Source of the DNA: an uncultured Spirochaetota bacterium
Lineage (GTDB): Bacteria > Spirochaetota > Brevinematia > Brevinematales > JAOACQ01
Length of the DNA stretch: 64,000 nucleotides
Direction of reading: 5' to 3'
NCBI GenBank assembly: GCA_963768055.1
Contig: CAVYGN010000002.1
Coordinates: 800,001-864,000, forward strand
Shown here: piece by piece, positions 31,352 to 41,007 of the stretch
Layout of the letters: every line of letters begins with the position of its first letter
Numbering within the stretch: position 1 is the first letter of the stretch
The notes under the pieces: model-generated
Seen by the model: the letters and a program-made list of their open reading frames with translations, nothing else
What the model was told of the DNA's origin: nothing
Databases searched by the model: none
Made by a program: the position numbers and the translations under genes

Positions 31352-33826
31352 TCATTCTGTAACTTTGACTGTGGAAATAGAAGAAACCTCGTCGTCGCCG
31401 GCTATATCCATCAGTTTGAGAAGATTTGAGCTAACTTTAACTACCCCCATGGAAATTCTTCGGCCGTTTTTAGTGGTTATGATAAGAGTATCGTCTTCTT
31501 CACACTGAACAAAACTAGCGAGGCTTCTGCCTTTACCCAGGAGGACAAGCTTATGTCCCTTTACTCCCCTGTTTAAAAGTTCTGAAAAATCGGAAGGTTT
31601 TACCTTTCTTCCCCTGCCGTCTTTTGTGATAAATATGATAAATTTATCATTGTCGGCTGTTTCCATGCCAAGAACCTCTTCTTCGGGGCCGGTAACCGAA
31701 GTTGCCTTCTCTCCGCCGACTCCCCTGTTATGCACTGTAAACAAATTCTCATCGAACCTGAAACCCTTGGCATTTTTCTTTATAAGAAACAGTTTTTTTG
31801 TTCCATCGGTTATGACCGCGCCCACAACTGCGTCGCCGGCCTTCAAATTTATGCTGTTAACTCCGGTCCTGTTTATGTTCTCGAAATTCGTGAGCGATAT
31901 CCTGGCTGCTTTTCCCTTTTTAGTAATAAACAGGATGAAATGGTTCTTGGTAAATTCATGTACAACAAGAACGGCCGTGATCATTTCACCCCTTATTTCA
32001 ATTTCTCTCAGCCTGTCAATGTTGCGGATATGGGAACGGGTGATTTTACCATCCATATCTCCCCTGATCTCATAGCATTTGAGAGAGTAAATCCTTCCGG
32101 AGTCTGTTACAAAAAGGACCGTGTCTTTCAGGAAACCGGAAACTGTCGCGAATATAAAATCATCAGATTCGAGGCGGTTGCTGTCGGTTACATCGCCTTT
32201 CCTGCCGCGTGTACCCCTCAAGCTCATTTTAATTGTGTTGCCTATCTCGCGGATCAAAAACCCTTTTTTTGAAACGGTGAGCAGAATAGGGTCGTTTGAA
32301 ATAAGTTCTTCAGCCCCGATCTTTTCAGTGACTATCTTTTCGAATTTAGTCCGCCTCTCGTCTCCGATAACTTTCTTCATTTCTGAAAGTTCGGTTTTAA
32401 TAATTTCATCGCGTATTTTTGCGCTGGCCAGTATCTCTCTTAGACTTTTAATAACTTTTTCAAGGTCGGCTTTTTCCTCGCGAAGCTTGTCTGTCTCCAG
32501 TCCTGTAAGTTTCTGGAGTCTCATATCCAGAATTGCGTCTGCCTGAATATCCGACAATTTGAATCTATTCATCAAATTTGTTTTTGCAGCCGGGGTGTCT
32601 TTGGACGTTTTTATCGTTTGTATTACTGCATCGATATTATCAAGCGCGATAAGAAGCCCTTCTACTATATGGATCCTCTTGAGGGCTTTATCAAGGTCAA
32701 ACTGGGTCCTCCGGATTATCACTTCCCGGCGATGGTCGACATATGTATGTATAAGTTCTTTAAGCGGCAGAACCCTTGGATGGTTTTTGACCAGTCCTAC
32801 CATATTGACTTTAATGCGTACTTTCAGACTTGTCTGGTTATATAAAGTTGTTTTAATCGCTTCAATATTGGCGTCCCTAAAAAGTTCTATTACAATCCTG
32901 ATTCCTTCTTTACTGGATTCGTCGCGAACTTCTTTAATACCGCGGAGAATTAAGTTGTATTTACCGTCGTTATTTAAATACAGGTTTGTTATTTCTTCGA
33001 CAAGTTTTGATTTGACCAGGCGGTATGGGATTTCGGTTATGATCAGGTCCCTGTGCAGGCCCTTTTCTTCGATACCGATTTTTCCGGCAAGTTCTATAGA
33101 GCCGTAGCCGTTTTCATACACCTCTTTAAGAGATTCGCTGTCGGTAAGGATGCCGTAAGTGGGAAAATCAGGGCCCTTGATATGCTCCATTAGCCCGCTT
33201 ACTGTAATATTCGGATTATCGATATACGCTGAAATCGCACCGGCGACTTCGGAAAAATTGTGCGGCGGAATATCCGTTGCCATCCCGACAGCTATACCTG
33301 TGGTGCCGTTGCATATAAGGTTCGGGAATTTCCCGGGGAGGGCCGCAGGTTCCTTGAGGGTATCGTCGTAATTAGACTTGAAATCGACTGTGTTTTTATC
33401 CAGGTCTTCAAGCAGAAATTCTGCAACCTTCGACAGTTTAGCTTCAGTATACCTCATTGCCGCGGGAGGGTCGTCGTCGATGGACCCGAAATTTCCCTGG
33501 CCGATAACCAGCGGATATCTAAGATGGAACTCCTGGGCCATTTTAACCATGGCCAGGTATATGGAGGCGTCGCCGTGGGGATGATATTTTCCCATCACAT
33601 CGCCGATGATCCTGGCGCTTTTCTTTGTCGGTTTGTCATGCCAGAGCGCCATCTCGGCCATAGTGAAGAGTATCCTCTTCTGGACAGGTTTCGAGCCATC
33701 CCTGACGTCCGGGATCGCCCGGGCCGTTATTACGCTGTATGCGTAATTCAGGTAGGATGTCTTCATCTCGTCTTCAAAATAGGAGTCTGTTATCTGAGAT
33801 TTATTGAAAATGTCATCAGCCGGCAT
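31352..33826 (-). CDS. gyrA: Type IIA topoisomerase subunit A (GyrA or ParC)
   Basis: RAIPDVRDG, KYHPHGD, AAMRYTE catalytic Tyr, GIAVGMAT, C-terminal pinwheel repeats; GyrA versus ParC unresolved. Confidence 0.8.
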   Translation of the reverse strand: MPADDIFNKSQITDSYFEDEMKTSYLNYAYSVITARAIPDVRDGSKPVQKRILFTMAEMALWHDKPTKKSARIIGDVMGKYHPHGDASIYLAMVKMAQEFHLRYPLVIGQGNFGSIDDDPPAAMRYTEAKLSKVAEFLLEDLDKNTVDFKSNYDDTLKEPAALPGKFPNLICNGTTGIAVGMATDIPPHNFSEVAGAISAYIDNPNITVSGLMEHIKGPDFPTYGILTDSESLKEVYENGYGSIELAGKIGIEEKGLHRDLIITEIPYRLVKSKLVEEITNLYLNNDGKYNLILRGIKEVRDESSKEGIRIVIELFRDANIEAIKTTLYNQTSLKVRIKVNMVGLVKNHPRVLPLKELIHTYVDHRREVIIRRTQFDLDKALKRIHIVEGLLIALDNIDAVIQTIKTSKDTPAAKTNLMNRFKLSDIQADAILDMRLQKLTGLETDKLREEKADLEKVIKSLREILASAKIRDEIIKTELSEMKKVIGDERRTKFEKIVTEKIGAEELISNDPILLTVSKKGFLIREIGNTIKMSLRGTRGRKGDVTDSNRLESDDFIFATVSGFLKDTVLFVTDSGRIYSLKCYEIRGDMDGKITRSHIRNIDRLREIEIRGEMITAVLVVHEFTKNHFILFITKKGKAARISLTNFENINRTGVNSINLKAGDAVVGAVITDGTKKLFLIKKNAKGFRFDENLFTVHNRGVGGEKATSVTGPEEEVLGMETADNDKFIIFITKDGRGRKVKPSDFSELLNRGVKGHKLVLLGKGRSLASFVQCEEDDTLIITTKNGRRISMGVVKVSSNLLKLMDIAGDDEVSSISTVKVTE

Positions 33827-34050
33827 TATTTCCCCTCTAAATCCATTATTAAAGAACAAAAAATCTTCCGTTTATTATATCAAAAAAAGCCATTTCTGTA
33901 AAGTTCGCGGCAGGGAGTGTCTCCCTGTAAAAATACATTTGGTCCATCTCCTTGTGGTAGGCTCAAAGAATATAAATTTAAACTCCTGTTTATTTCCTTT
34001 TTTCTTAATCATTTGTTAAAATGTATAGCTATTTTTTTCTGGAAGGAATT

Positions 34051-35982
34051 ATGGTGGAAATAAATCTTGGCAAAGGTAAAGTGTCTTTTGATGGGCCTGT
34101 CACAGTGAAAAACGTAATAGGCTATTTAAAAGAAAATCCGGAAAAGGCCAGGGAACTTGGCGTTCAGGGCAAATTGAACGATGCCCTGGTCGCTGATTAT
34201 AACGGCAGTCTGATCGACCTTTCTATAAGCATCAGCTCCGGCGGGAACCTTAAATTTTTCGGCGCCGATTCTGAAGAAGGTTTGGACACGCTCAGGCACA
34301 GCGCTTCGCATATTATGGCTCAAGCGGTCAAGAGGCTATATCCGGGCTCGAAACTCGGAATCGGTCCGACAATACATGACGGATTTTATTATGATATTGA
34401 AGCGTCCTCTCCGATCAACGAGGAAGATCTTGCGAGAATCGAAGAAGAGATGGGAAAAATTATTGCCGAGAATTATGAGTTTTCACGAAAGGAAATGGAA
34501 AAAGATAGCGCCCTGGATTTTTTTCGAAAAGAGAAACAGCCTTATAAAGTCGAGATCATCAAGGACATCGATGCGAAAACCGTCAGTATTTATACTCAGG
34601 GGGAATTTTCAGATCTTTGCCGCGGCCCGCATATACCTTCAACAAAGTATTTAAAGGCCTATAAGCTTTTATCTGTTTCAGGAGCTTATTGGCGGGGAAG
34701 CGAGAAAAACGCTATGCTGACAAGGATATATGGAACAGCCTTTGCAGACAGAAAGACCCTTGAAAAGCATATCAACATGCTTGAAGAGGCGAGGAAACGC
34801 GACCATAGAAGGGTCGGTAAAGAACTCGGGCTTTTCAGCTTTCATGAAGAAGGGCCCGGCCTGCCGTTCTGGAAACACAAGGGCCTTATTTTAAAGAACC
34901 TTTTGATCGATTATATGAGAGAAAAGCAAAACGAGCTTGGATATATCGAGGTCGAGACCCCCACCATACTTCGCGATATCCTCTGGAAAACCTCAGGCCA
35001 TCTGGTAAATTTTAAGGATAATATGTTTTTAACGGAAAGGGAGGAGGAAGTTTTTGCCCTTAAACCTATGAACTGCCCCGGAGGAATTTTGATTTATAAG
35101 GAAGAAATGCATTCTTATAAAGAACTTCCCCTAAAAATAGCGGAATTCGGAAAAGTCCACCGCTTCGAACGTTCCGGTGTCCTTCAGGGACTTTTCAGGG
35201 TCAGGGGGTTTACACAGGATGACGCCCATATTTTTACCACACCTGAAAAGCTTAAATCGAGTATCATAGAAATAATAAAGCTTGTCGACATAGTATATAA
35301 AGATTTTGGATTCGAATATACGGTAGGCCTGTCCACCCGTCCCGAACAATCAATGGGGACTGACGACCAGTGGAACAACGCTATCATAGGCCTTAAAAGC
35401 GCGCTGGATGAAACAGGGATGTCTTACACTATCCATGAGGGGGAAGGGGCTTTTTACGGGCCTAAGATAGAATATCACCTGAAGGACGCTATAGGCCGGA
35501 CTCACCAGTGCGGTACTATCCAGCTTGATATGAATAATCCGGAACTGTTCGACCTGAATTTCATCGCAGAAGACGGGAAGGAACATCGCGCCATAATGCT
35601 TCACAGAGCTATCCTTGGAAGCCTTGAAAGATTTATTGGGATATTGATCGAGCATTACGGGGGTAAATTCCCCCTCTGGATGTCGCCGGTCCAAATAATA
35701 ATACTGCCGATATCCGATAAATTCAATGAGTATGCCATGAAAATTGAGACTAAGATGAAAAATAACAGGATAAGGGCGGAATCAGACCTGTCTTCTGAAA
35801 AGCTTGGTTATAAAATAAGAAAAGCCCAGATGAATAAGGTGCCGTATATGCTTATAGTCGGTGAAAAAGAGCTTGATTCCGGGTCAGTATCTGTAAGGCA
35901 CAGGGATAAAGGAGATATTGGTTCGTCAAAGCCTGATGAAATTTTAAAAATTATTCTTGAAGAAAATGCAAATAGAATGTAA
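34051..35982 (+). CDS. thrS: Threonyl-tRNA synthetase
   Basis: RHSASH, DLCRGPH, KPMNCP, RVRGFTQDDAHIF, AFYGPK. Confidence 0.98.
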   Translation: MVEINLGKGKVSFDGPVTVKNVIGYLKENPEKARELGVQGKLNDALVADYNGSLIDLSISISSGGNLKFFGADSEEGLDTLRHSASHIMAQAVKRLYPGSKLGIGPTIHDGFYYDIEASSPINEEDLARIEEEMGKIIAENYEFSRKEMEKDSALDFFRKEKQPYKVEIIKDIDAKTVSIYTQGEFSDLCRGPHIPSTKYLKAYKLLSVSGAYWRGSEKNAMLTRIYGTAFADRKTLEKHINMLEEARKRDHRRVGKELGLFSFHEEGPGLPFWKHKGLILKNLLIDYMREKQNELGYIEVETPTILRDILWKTSGHLVNFKDNMFLTEREEEVFALKPMNCPGGILIYKEEMHSYKELPLKIAEFGKVHRFERSGVLQGLFRVRGFTQDDAHIFTTPEKLKSSIIEIIKLVDIVYKDFGFEYTVGLSTRPEQSMGTDDQWNNAIIGLKSALDETGMSYTIHEGEGAFYGPKIEYHLKDAIGRTHQCGTIQLDMNNPELFDLNFIAEDGKEHRAIMLHRAILGSLERFIGILIEHYGGKFPLWMSPVQIIILPISDKFNEYAMKIETKMKNNRIRAESDLSSEKLGYKIRKAQMNKVPYMLIVGEKELDSGSVSVRHRDKGDIGSSKPDEILKIILEENANRM

Positions 35983-36012
35983 AATTAAGTGCCGGTTTTC
36001 AGGAGGTCTATT

Positions 36013-36537
36013 ATTGCTATTAAAGACGAAAATCTACGGATAAACGATCAAATCAAAGCCAAGGAAGTCAGGGTAATTGATGAAAATGGAGCACAGCTTG
36101 GCGTGATAGCCATCGAGGAAGCCCTCCAAAAGGCCAAGGAACTGGAAGTCGATCTTGTTGAGGTTTCACCTGACGCGGAACCTCCGGTATGCAGATTGAT
36201 TAATTATGGAAAATATCTTTACCAGAAAGAAAAAAAGGCAAAAGAATCGAGAAAAAAGCAGAAAGTAATTGAAATTAAAGAAATGAAATTCAGGCCTAAA
36301 ATAGATCATCATGATTTTGAATACAGAATCAAGCAGATAAGGGAGTTTCTGGACAAAGGCGATAAGGTAAAAATAACGATAAGATTCAGGGGAAGGGAGC
36401 TTATTCATTCTCAACTTGGTTTCGACCTTGCGGGGAAGATAGTTGAAGCGCTAAAAGACCTCGGGACCCCCGAAAAACCTCCAAAAATGGAGGGCAGGAA
36501 CATAGTCGTAATTATATCGGCTATTCATAAAAAATAA
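36013..36537 (+). CDS. infC: Translation initiation factor IF-3 (ATT start)
   Basis: RINDQI...EVRVI, PPVCR, KVKITIRFRGRE; AGGAGG lies 6 nt before ATT at 36013. Confidence 0.95.
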   Translation: MAIKDENLRINDQIKAKEVRVIDENGAQLGVIAIEEALQKAKELEVDLVEVSPDAEPPVCRLINYGKYLYQKEKKAKESRKKQKVIEIKEMKFRPKIDHHDFEYRIKQIREFLDKGDKVKITIRFRGRELIHSQLGFDLAGKIVEALKDLGTPEKPPKMEGRNIVVIISAIHKK

Positions 36538-36575
36538 CCGGGAAAATCAGAGCTTAAATGAAACAGGAGGAGAGT

Positions 36576-36773
36576 ATGCCTAAGATCAAGACCAACAAAT
36601 CGGCTGCGAAAAGGTTTTATAAAAGCGGGACGGGTAAGATATTAAGAAATAAAGCTTTTAAAAAGCACTTGCTGACCCATAAAAGCCGTAAAACCAAGAG
36701 AAATCTCCGTAAAAAATCAGTACTTTTCAAGGGCGATGTTATCAGGATAAAAAAACTTATACCATACGCTTAA
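36576..36773 (+). CDS. rpmI: 50S ribosomal protein L35
   Basis: [14 protein letters not shown], between infC and rplT. Confidence 0.96.
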   Translation: MPKIKTNKSAAKRFYKSGTGKILRNKAFKKHLLTHKSRKTKRNLRKKSVLFKGDVIRIKKLIPYA

Positions 36774-36791
36774 AACGATCGGAGGATAATA

Positions 36792-37157
36792 ATGAGGACA
36801 AGATATACAGTAGCCAGCAGAAAGAGAAGGAAAAAGGTCTTGCAAAGAGCCAAAGGGTTTCATGGTGCAAGATCGCTAAGAATAAAAACTGCCAGAGAAG
36901 CGGTTATGCATGCTCTCAGGTATCAGTACAGGGACAGGAGAAATAGAAAGAGGGATTACAGGGCATTATGGATAACAAGGATAAACGCCCTTGTTAGAGA
37001 TCAGGGCTTGACCTACAGCAGGTTCATAGAGGGATTGACTAAAGCGAATATAGTAGTTAACAGGAAGATGCTTTCAAATCTTGCTATAGAGGACCCGGCG
37101 GCATTCGAAAAGTTTGTGGGTATCGCGAAAGAGAATATAGGTAAAATATCACAATAA
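36792..37157 (+). CDS. rplT: 50S ribosomal protein L20
   Basis: AKGFHGAR, YRDRR..KRDYRALWITRINA, NRKMLS. Confidence 0.97.
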   Translation: MRTRYTVASRKRRKKVLQRAKGFHGARSLRIKTAREAVMHALRYQYRDRRNRKRDYRALWITRINALVRDQGLTYSRFIEGLTKANIVVNRKMLSNLAIEDPAAFEKFVGIAKENIGKISQ

Positions 37158-37212
37158 GGCCTTTTATTATATAGAGTATACTGTTAAGTTTTATGATGCA
37201 CAGGAACGGCTT

Positions 37213-37240
37213 TAACAAAACTAATCATATCTGCCGATAA
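37213..37240 (+). promoter_or_regulatory. Putative sigma28 promoter of the ECF sigma operon
   Basis: TAAC-N16-GCCGATAA (perfect -10), 27 nt upstream of the ATG. Confidence 0.5.
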
Positions 37241-37267
37241 TAACCTATTAGTATCCCGACGGAGATT

Positions 37268-37846
37268 ATGATGCCCTTTAACGAGTTAAGCGAAAATGAA
37301 ATCATCGGCCGGATCAAAGAACTTATCAATAGCGGAGGGTTCCATAATGATGCCGTCAAGCAGTATTTCCAGGAAATATATGATCGCTTTTATTCGCAAT
37401 GTTATAATATTTCACGTTATTACGGATTAAAACGCAATGACGCCGAGGATGCCGTTCAGGAATCCTTTATTAAATTCTTCTCAAATATCAAATCATATGA
37501 TATTAAGAGGCCTTTTAAACCATGGATTTTTAAAATCGTATTGAACTGTGTGAGAGACAGGTACAGGGATCTTATTAAGCATGCATATACTGAAATTGAA
37601 AAGGCAGAGAATATCAAGAACAGCGAGCAAGAAATATTTTTTGATGGATTTCACATGCGGGATGTTTTTCATAGTATTATTATCAGGCTCCCGGAAAAGT
37701 TGAAATCCGCGGTCATTCTAAGAAACTACGGGGGATTGGACATGAAAGCGATCGCGGATCTGTTGAAGCTCAGCTTAAGGCAGGTTCATAACCGGCTTTC
37801 CAGGGCTTATTCTCTTATTAAAGAGGGTCTGAATGACGAAAAATGA
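37268..37846 (+). CDS. ECF-family RNA polymerase sigma factor
   Basis: DAEDAVQESF, FKPWIFKIVLN (region 2); LPEK...IADLL...VHNRLSRA (region 4). Confidence 0.9.
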   Translation: MMPFNELSENEIIGRIKELINSGGFHNDAVKQYFQEIYDRFYSQCYNISRYYGLKRNDAEDAVQESFIKFFSNIKSYDIKRPFKPWIFKIVLNCVRDRYRDLIKHAYTEIEKAENIKNSEQEIFFDGFHMRDVFHSIIIRLPEKLKSAVILRNYGGLDMKAIADLLKLSLRQVHNRLSRAYSLIKEGLNDEK

Positions 37847-40259
37847 AGAATTGGAAAATATCCTGCATGAAAAGGTTTACGATGACAGCCGGCCTGATTT
37901 CAACTATATTTGGGGTAAACTGGAAATAGATAAAATATTTAAGGAGGAGCATATGCCTGAAAAGAAAGGGGGGAGTAAGATTTTAGTTTGGGTTGTTAGT
38001 TTCGTGGTTGTCGCGGCGATAGGATGGTACGGCCTGACTAAAATTTCCACTATTAAAAATAATGAAAAAATAGAAAAAGGCGAGGCCATTGTCGTTTCTC
38101 TTGTCGTCGGTGATGTGCAGGTAAAAAAAATGGGGTCGACAGGATGGAGGGTAATTAATGTCGAAGATACTCTCCAGATGGGGGACACTGTAAAAACAGG
38201 AGCTGATTCCTATTGTGAATTACAGATGGTTAACAGGGGACTGTTCCGTATCGAAGGGGCTTCACAGCTTTACCTTGCGACTCTTGTCAGCAAGGACGAT
38301 AAAGTTAATTCAAGAATGAAACTTGACAAAGGAACGGTAGCCCTAAAGCCTAACAAGCTTAAAGAGGGCGAGAATTTCGAGGTTGAAACCTCTACGGCTG
38401 TAGCTGCGGTAAGAGGAACTAAATTCAGCGTGAATGTAGGTGAAAACGGCGATACTAAAGTGGCCGTTGACGAAGGTAAAGTCGCCGTAAAACCGGTTAT
38501 CAAATCGATAGACGAAGCCCAGCAGAAGGGAACTGTCGATGCAAAGGCTTCCGAGATACTGAAAACTGAAATAGAGAAGCCGGTCGAAGTCAACCCCGGT
38601 GAGGAAATCAATCTTGAAACTAAAAAAGTTGAAGCTATGGATAAGTCGGTCGAAAAGGTCATAGACCAGGTATCGACCAAACAAGAGGGAAAGCAGATTA
38701 CGGAAGACACTCTTTCCAAGGTGACAGTTACCGAGGAAAAGACCGGAAAAGGCAAAACTGTTGAAAAAGAGGTTACGGGATCGGAAATGATAGCAATAAA
38801 GGTCCAGGAAGACCTCAAGCCTGAAGTAGTGAATAAAGCCCCTGTGAACGGAGAGGAAAGCATTGTCGGATCGATCGTCCAGAAGCAGGAAATTTCTGAA
38901 GATTCCAAGAAAACAATGGACAATCTTAATGAAAGCAACATCATTAATAAAGTTGCCGACATGGTCATGATCCGCTTCGAATCCACACCCGCAGGAGCCG
39001 ATGTTTATATGGATGATGTAAAACTCGGCGTATCACCCCTCAATACTCTTGTTGAAAGAGGGAAAATTGCGAAAATTCGGATGACCAGGGATGGTTACAC
39101 AGAAGATGTAAAAGAAGTAACCATCGGTGGAAATTTAACTGTCAATTCAATATTGACCCAGGTGCAGACAATTCAAACGAATGAAACAAATCAAACGAAT
39201 GCGATTGTTGAAACTAATACGAACTCAGTGAAGACCAATGCTCCTCAGGTGACGGCAGAAGTTAAAAAACTGCCAGGGGAGCTTGATTGGCAGAAACCTC
39301 TGGCCATGAAAATCGAATCGGCCTACAAAGAACCCGCAGATCCTGTTGTATACGGCGGTAAAATATTCCTTACAAAAAATAACAGGCTGTTTATTGTTTC
39401 TCTTGAAGGTAAACTCCTGAAATCTGTAGCAGTTGTCGAGGACGGAGTTAAGCTTACAAGGCCCTCTGTCAGCGACGGCATTGTGTATGTAGGCTCAGAT
39501 AACGGCGGCGTTTACGCCTATTCAACTCACGGTGATTTAATGTGGAAGAAAGACGCCGGCAGCGAAAAATACGGCGCAAGTCCGACTGCTGCAAACGGGA
39601 TTGTGGCTGTACCGTCAATCGATAAGGGTATAATGATATTCGATAAAACCGGCGAATTGTTAACGCAAATCGAATCAGACTCTGTATACTCGGCTCCTTT
39701 GATTCTTAATGATGGGAAAACCCTCATATATGCGACTGAAAGCGGTAATATAGTTTCATACGATATAGAAGGGAAATCTCAGAACTGGAGCAAGGGGTAT
39801 AATGAACGGTTCCTATATCCTCTTGTCGGTGATGAAACTATCATAGCTATTGCAAGGGCAAGCGGCAAGGTCCTGGCTGTCAAACCGGCTGATGGTTCGA
39901 TATTGTGGACTGAGGTCTTTGACGAAATACAAAAAACAAGGATAAATCCCCGTTTTGTCGCCGGAAAATTAATTCTTGCAAATAATGATACTAAATCGAT
40001 GGTGTTTGTAGTTGACGCGATGTCGGGAAGAGTTATTTCCAAGACCTCATTTGATAACGAAACGATTGTGGCGCCGTTTATCCTTGACAAATTCGTCTAT
40101 ATAGGCACGGAATCAGGCAAGGTCTATTCGTATAATGTCAATAAAAAGAAGTATGAATGGACGTATAAATCCTCCGGTAATGCCATTTCTCTTGTCGTTG
40201 CAGACAAGGATGGTATTTACGCCCTGTCATTGGACGGCATGCTGAGGATAGTTAAATAA
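37833..40259 (+). CDS. Anti-sigma-like membrane protein: TM + FecR + PEGA + PQQ/BamB-type beta-propeller
   Basis: One TM segment; GDTVKTG and TAVAAVRGTKF (FecR); STPAGADVYMD (PEGA); VYVGSDNGGVYAY...WK repeats; overlaps the 3' end of the ECF sigma gene. Confidence 0.8.
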   Translation: MTKNEELENILHEKVYDDSRPDFNYIWGKLEIDKIFKEEHMPEKKGGSKILVWVVSFVVVAAIGWYGLTKISTIKNNEKIEKGEAIVVSLVVGDVQVKKMGSTGWRVINVEDTLQMGDTVKTGADSYCELQMVNRGLFRIEGASQLYLATLVSKDDKVNSRMKLDKGTVALKPNKLKEGENFEVETSTAVAAVRGTKFSVNVGENGDTKVAVDEGKVAVKPVIKSIDEAQQKGTVDAKASEILKTEIEKPVEVNPGEEINLETKKVEAMDKSVEKVIDQVSTKQEGKQITEDTLSKVTVTEEKTGKGKTVEKEVTGSEMIAIKVQEDLKPEVVNKAPVNGEESIVGSIVQKQEISEDSKKTMDNLNESNIINKVADMVMIRFESTPAGADVYMDDVKLGVSPLNTLVERGKIAKIRMTRDGYTEDVKEVTIGGNLTVNSILTQVQTIQTNETNQTNAIVETNTNSVKTNAPQVTAEVKKLPGELDWQKPLAMKIESAYKEPADPVVYGGKIFLTKNNRLFIVSLEGKLLKSVAVVEDGVKLTRPSVSDGIVYVGSDNGGVYAYSTHGDLMWKKDAGSEKYGASPTAANGIVAVPSIDKGIMIFDKTGELLTQIESDSVYSAPLILNDGKTLIYATESGNIVSYDIEGKSQNWSKGYNERFLYPLVGDETIIAIARASGKVLAVKPADGSILWTEVFDEIQKTRINPRFVAGKLILANNDTKSMVFVVDAMSGRVISKTSFDNETIVAPFILDKFVYIGTESGKVYSYNVNKKKYEWTYKSSGNAISLVVADKDGIYALSLDGMLRIVK

Positions 40260-40277
40260 ATAAAAGTTAAAATATTT

Positions 40278-40314
40278 AAACCCCGCTCCTTAAAAAAGGG
40301 CGGGGTTTTTTTTT
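40278..40314. terminator. Rho-independent terminator, possibly bidirectional
   Basis: AAACCCCGC...GCGGGG followed by T9. Confidence 0.85.
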
Positions 40315-40334
40315 AAATAAATATTTTATTAAAG

Positions 40335-40385
40335 TTGACAAAAGTGTTAGTTTTTTGTATTATTTGTTAGTAAATATTAACTAAC
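40335..40385 (+). promoter_or_regulatory. sigma70 promoter with adjacent TetR-type palindromic operator
   Basis: TTGACA-N17-TATTAT followed by the inverted repeat GTTAGT-N8-ACTAAC (40366-40385). Confidence 0.7.
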
Positions 40386-40403
40386 CTATTATAGGAACAT
40401 CTT

Positions 40404-40985
40404 ATGGAATTAACCAGGAGACAGGAAGAGATCATCTTAACCTCGATGAGGATCATTACACTTGAGGGCATTACCGCCCTTACTACGAAAAATATATCAG
40501 GTCAAATTGGAATATCCGAGGCCGCTTTATACCGTCATTTTAAAAATAAGGATGAGATACTGCTTTCAATTATGTTATTATTTGAGAAAAAAGCCTTCGA
40601 ACTCCTTGAAAGCGCATGCAGGCCCGAGTTTTCAGATTTTGAAAATATATATAATATACTGATCAGGAGGTGCAGGGATTTTGTGGAAAATCCAGCTCTT
40701 GTAACTGTAATACTTTCTGAAGAAATATTCCCGCAGAATTCGAATTTATCCGGAAAGATCCATGATATCATGAAAGTGAACCATGATAAGATATGTTTTC
40801 TTATCGAGGAAGGCCAGAGAAAGGGTGAGATCAGGGGGGATATACCGAAAGAACAGTTCTTTAACCTCATGATCGGATCTTTCAGATTTCTTGTGAATCA
40901 ATGGAGAATATCTCAATTCGGCTTCAATCTTGAGGAAAAGTTCATTGATATCTGGGAAGCGTTCAAAAAAATCATTAAAAATTAA
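40404..40985 (+). CDS. TetR/AcrR family transcriptional regulator
   Basis: LTTKNIS.QIGISEAALYRHFKNK HTH. Confidence 0.92.
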   Translation: MELTRRQEEIILTSMRIITLEGITALTTKNISGQIGISEAALYRHFKNKDEILLSIMLLFEKKAFELLESACRPEFSDFENIYNILIRRCRDFVENPALVTVILSEEIFPQNSNLSGKIHDIMKVNHDKICFLIEEGQRKGEIRGDIPKEQFFNLMIGSFRFLVNQWRISQFGFNLEEKFIDIWEAFKKIIKN

Positions 40986-41007
40986 GAATTTAATTAAGGA
41001 GAAAAAG

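Noticed and set aside
33860..34050. T-box riboswitch upstream of thrS
   Set aside because: No T-box consensus (GGTGGNACCGCG) or terminator/antiterminator pair is visible
35989..36015. GTG start of infC from the ORF track, and ATT start as a novelty
   Set aside because: RBS position favours ATT at 36013, which is the well-known autoregulatory infC start
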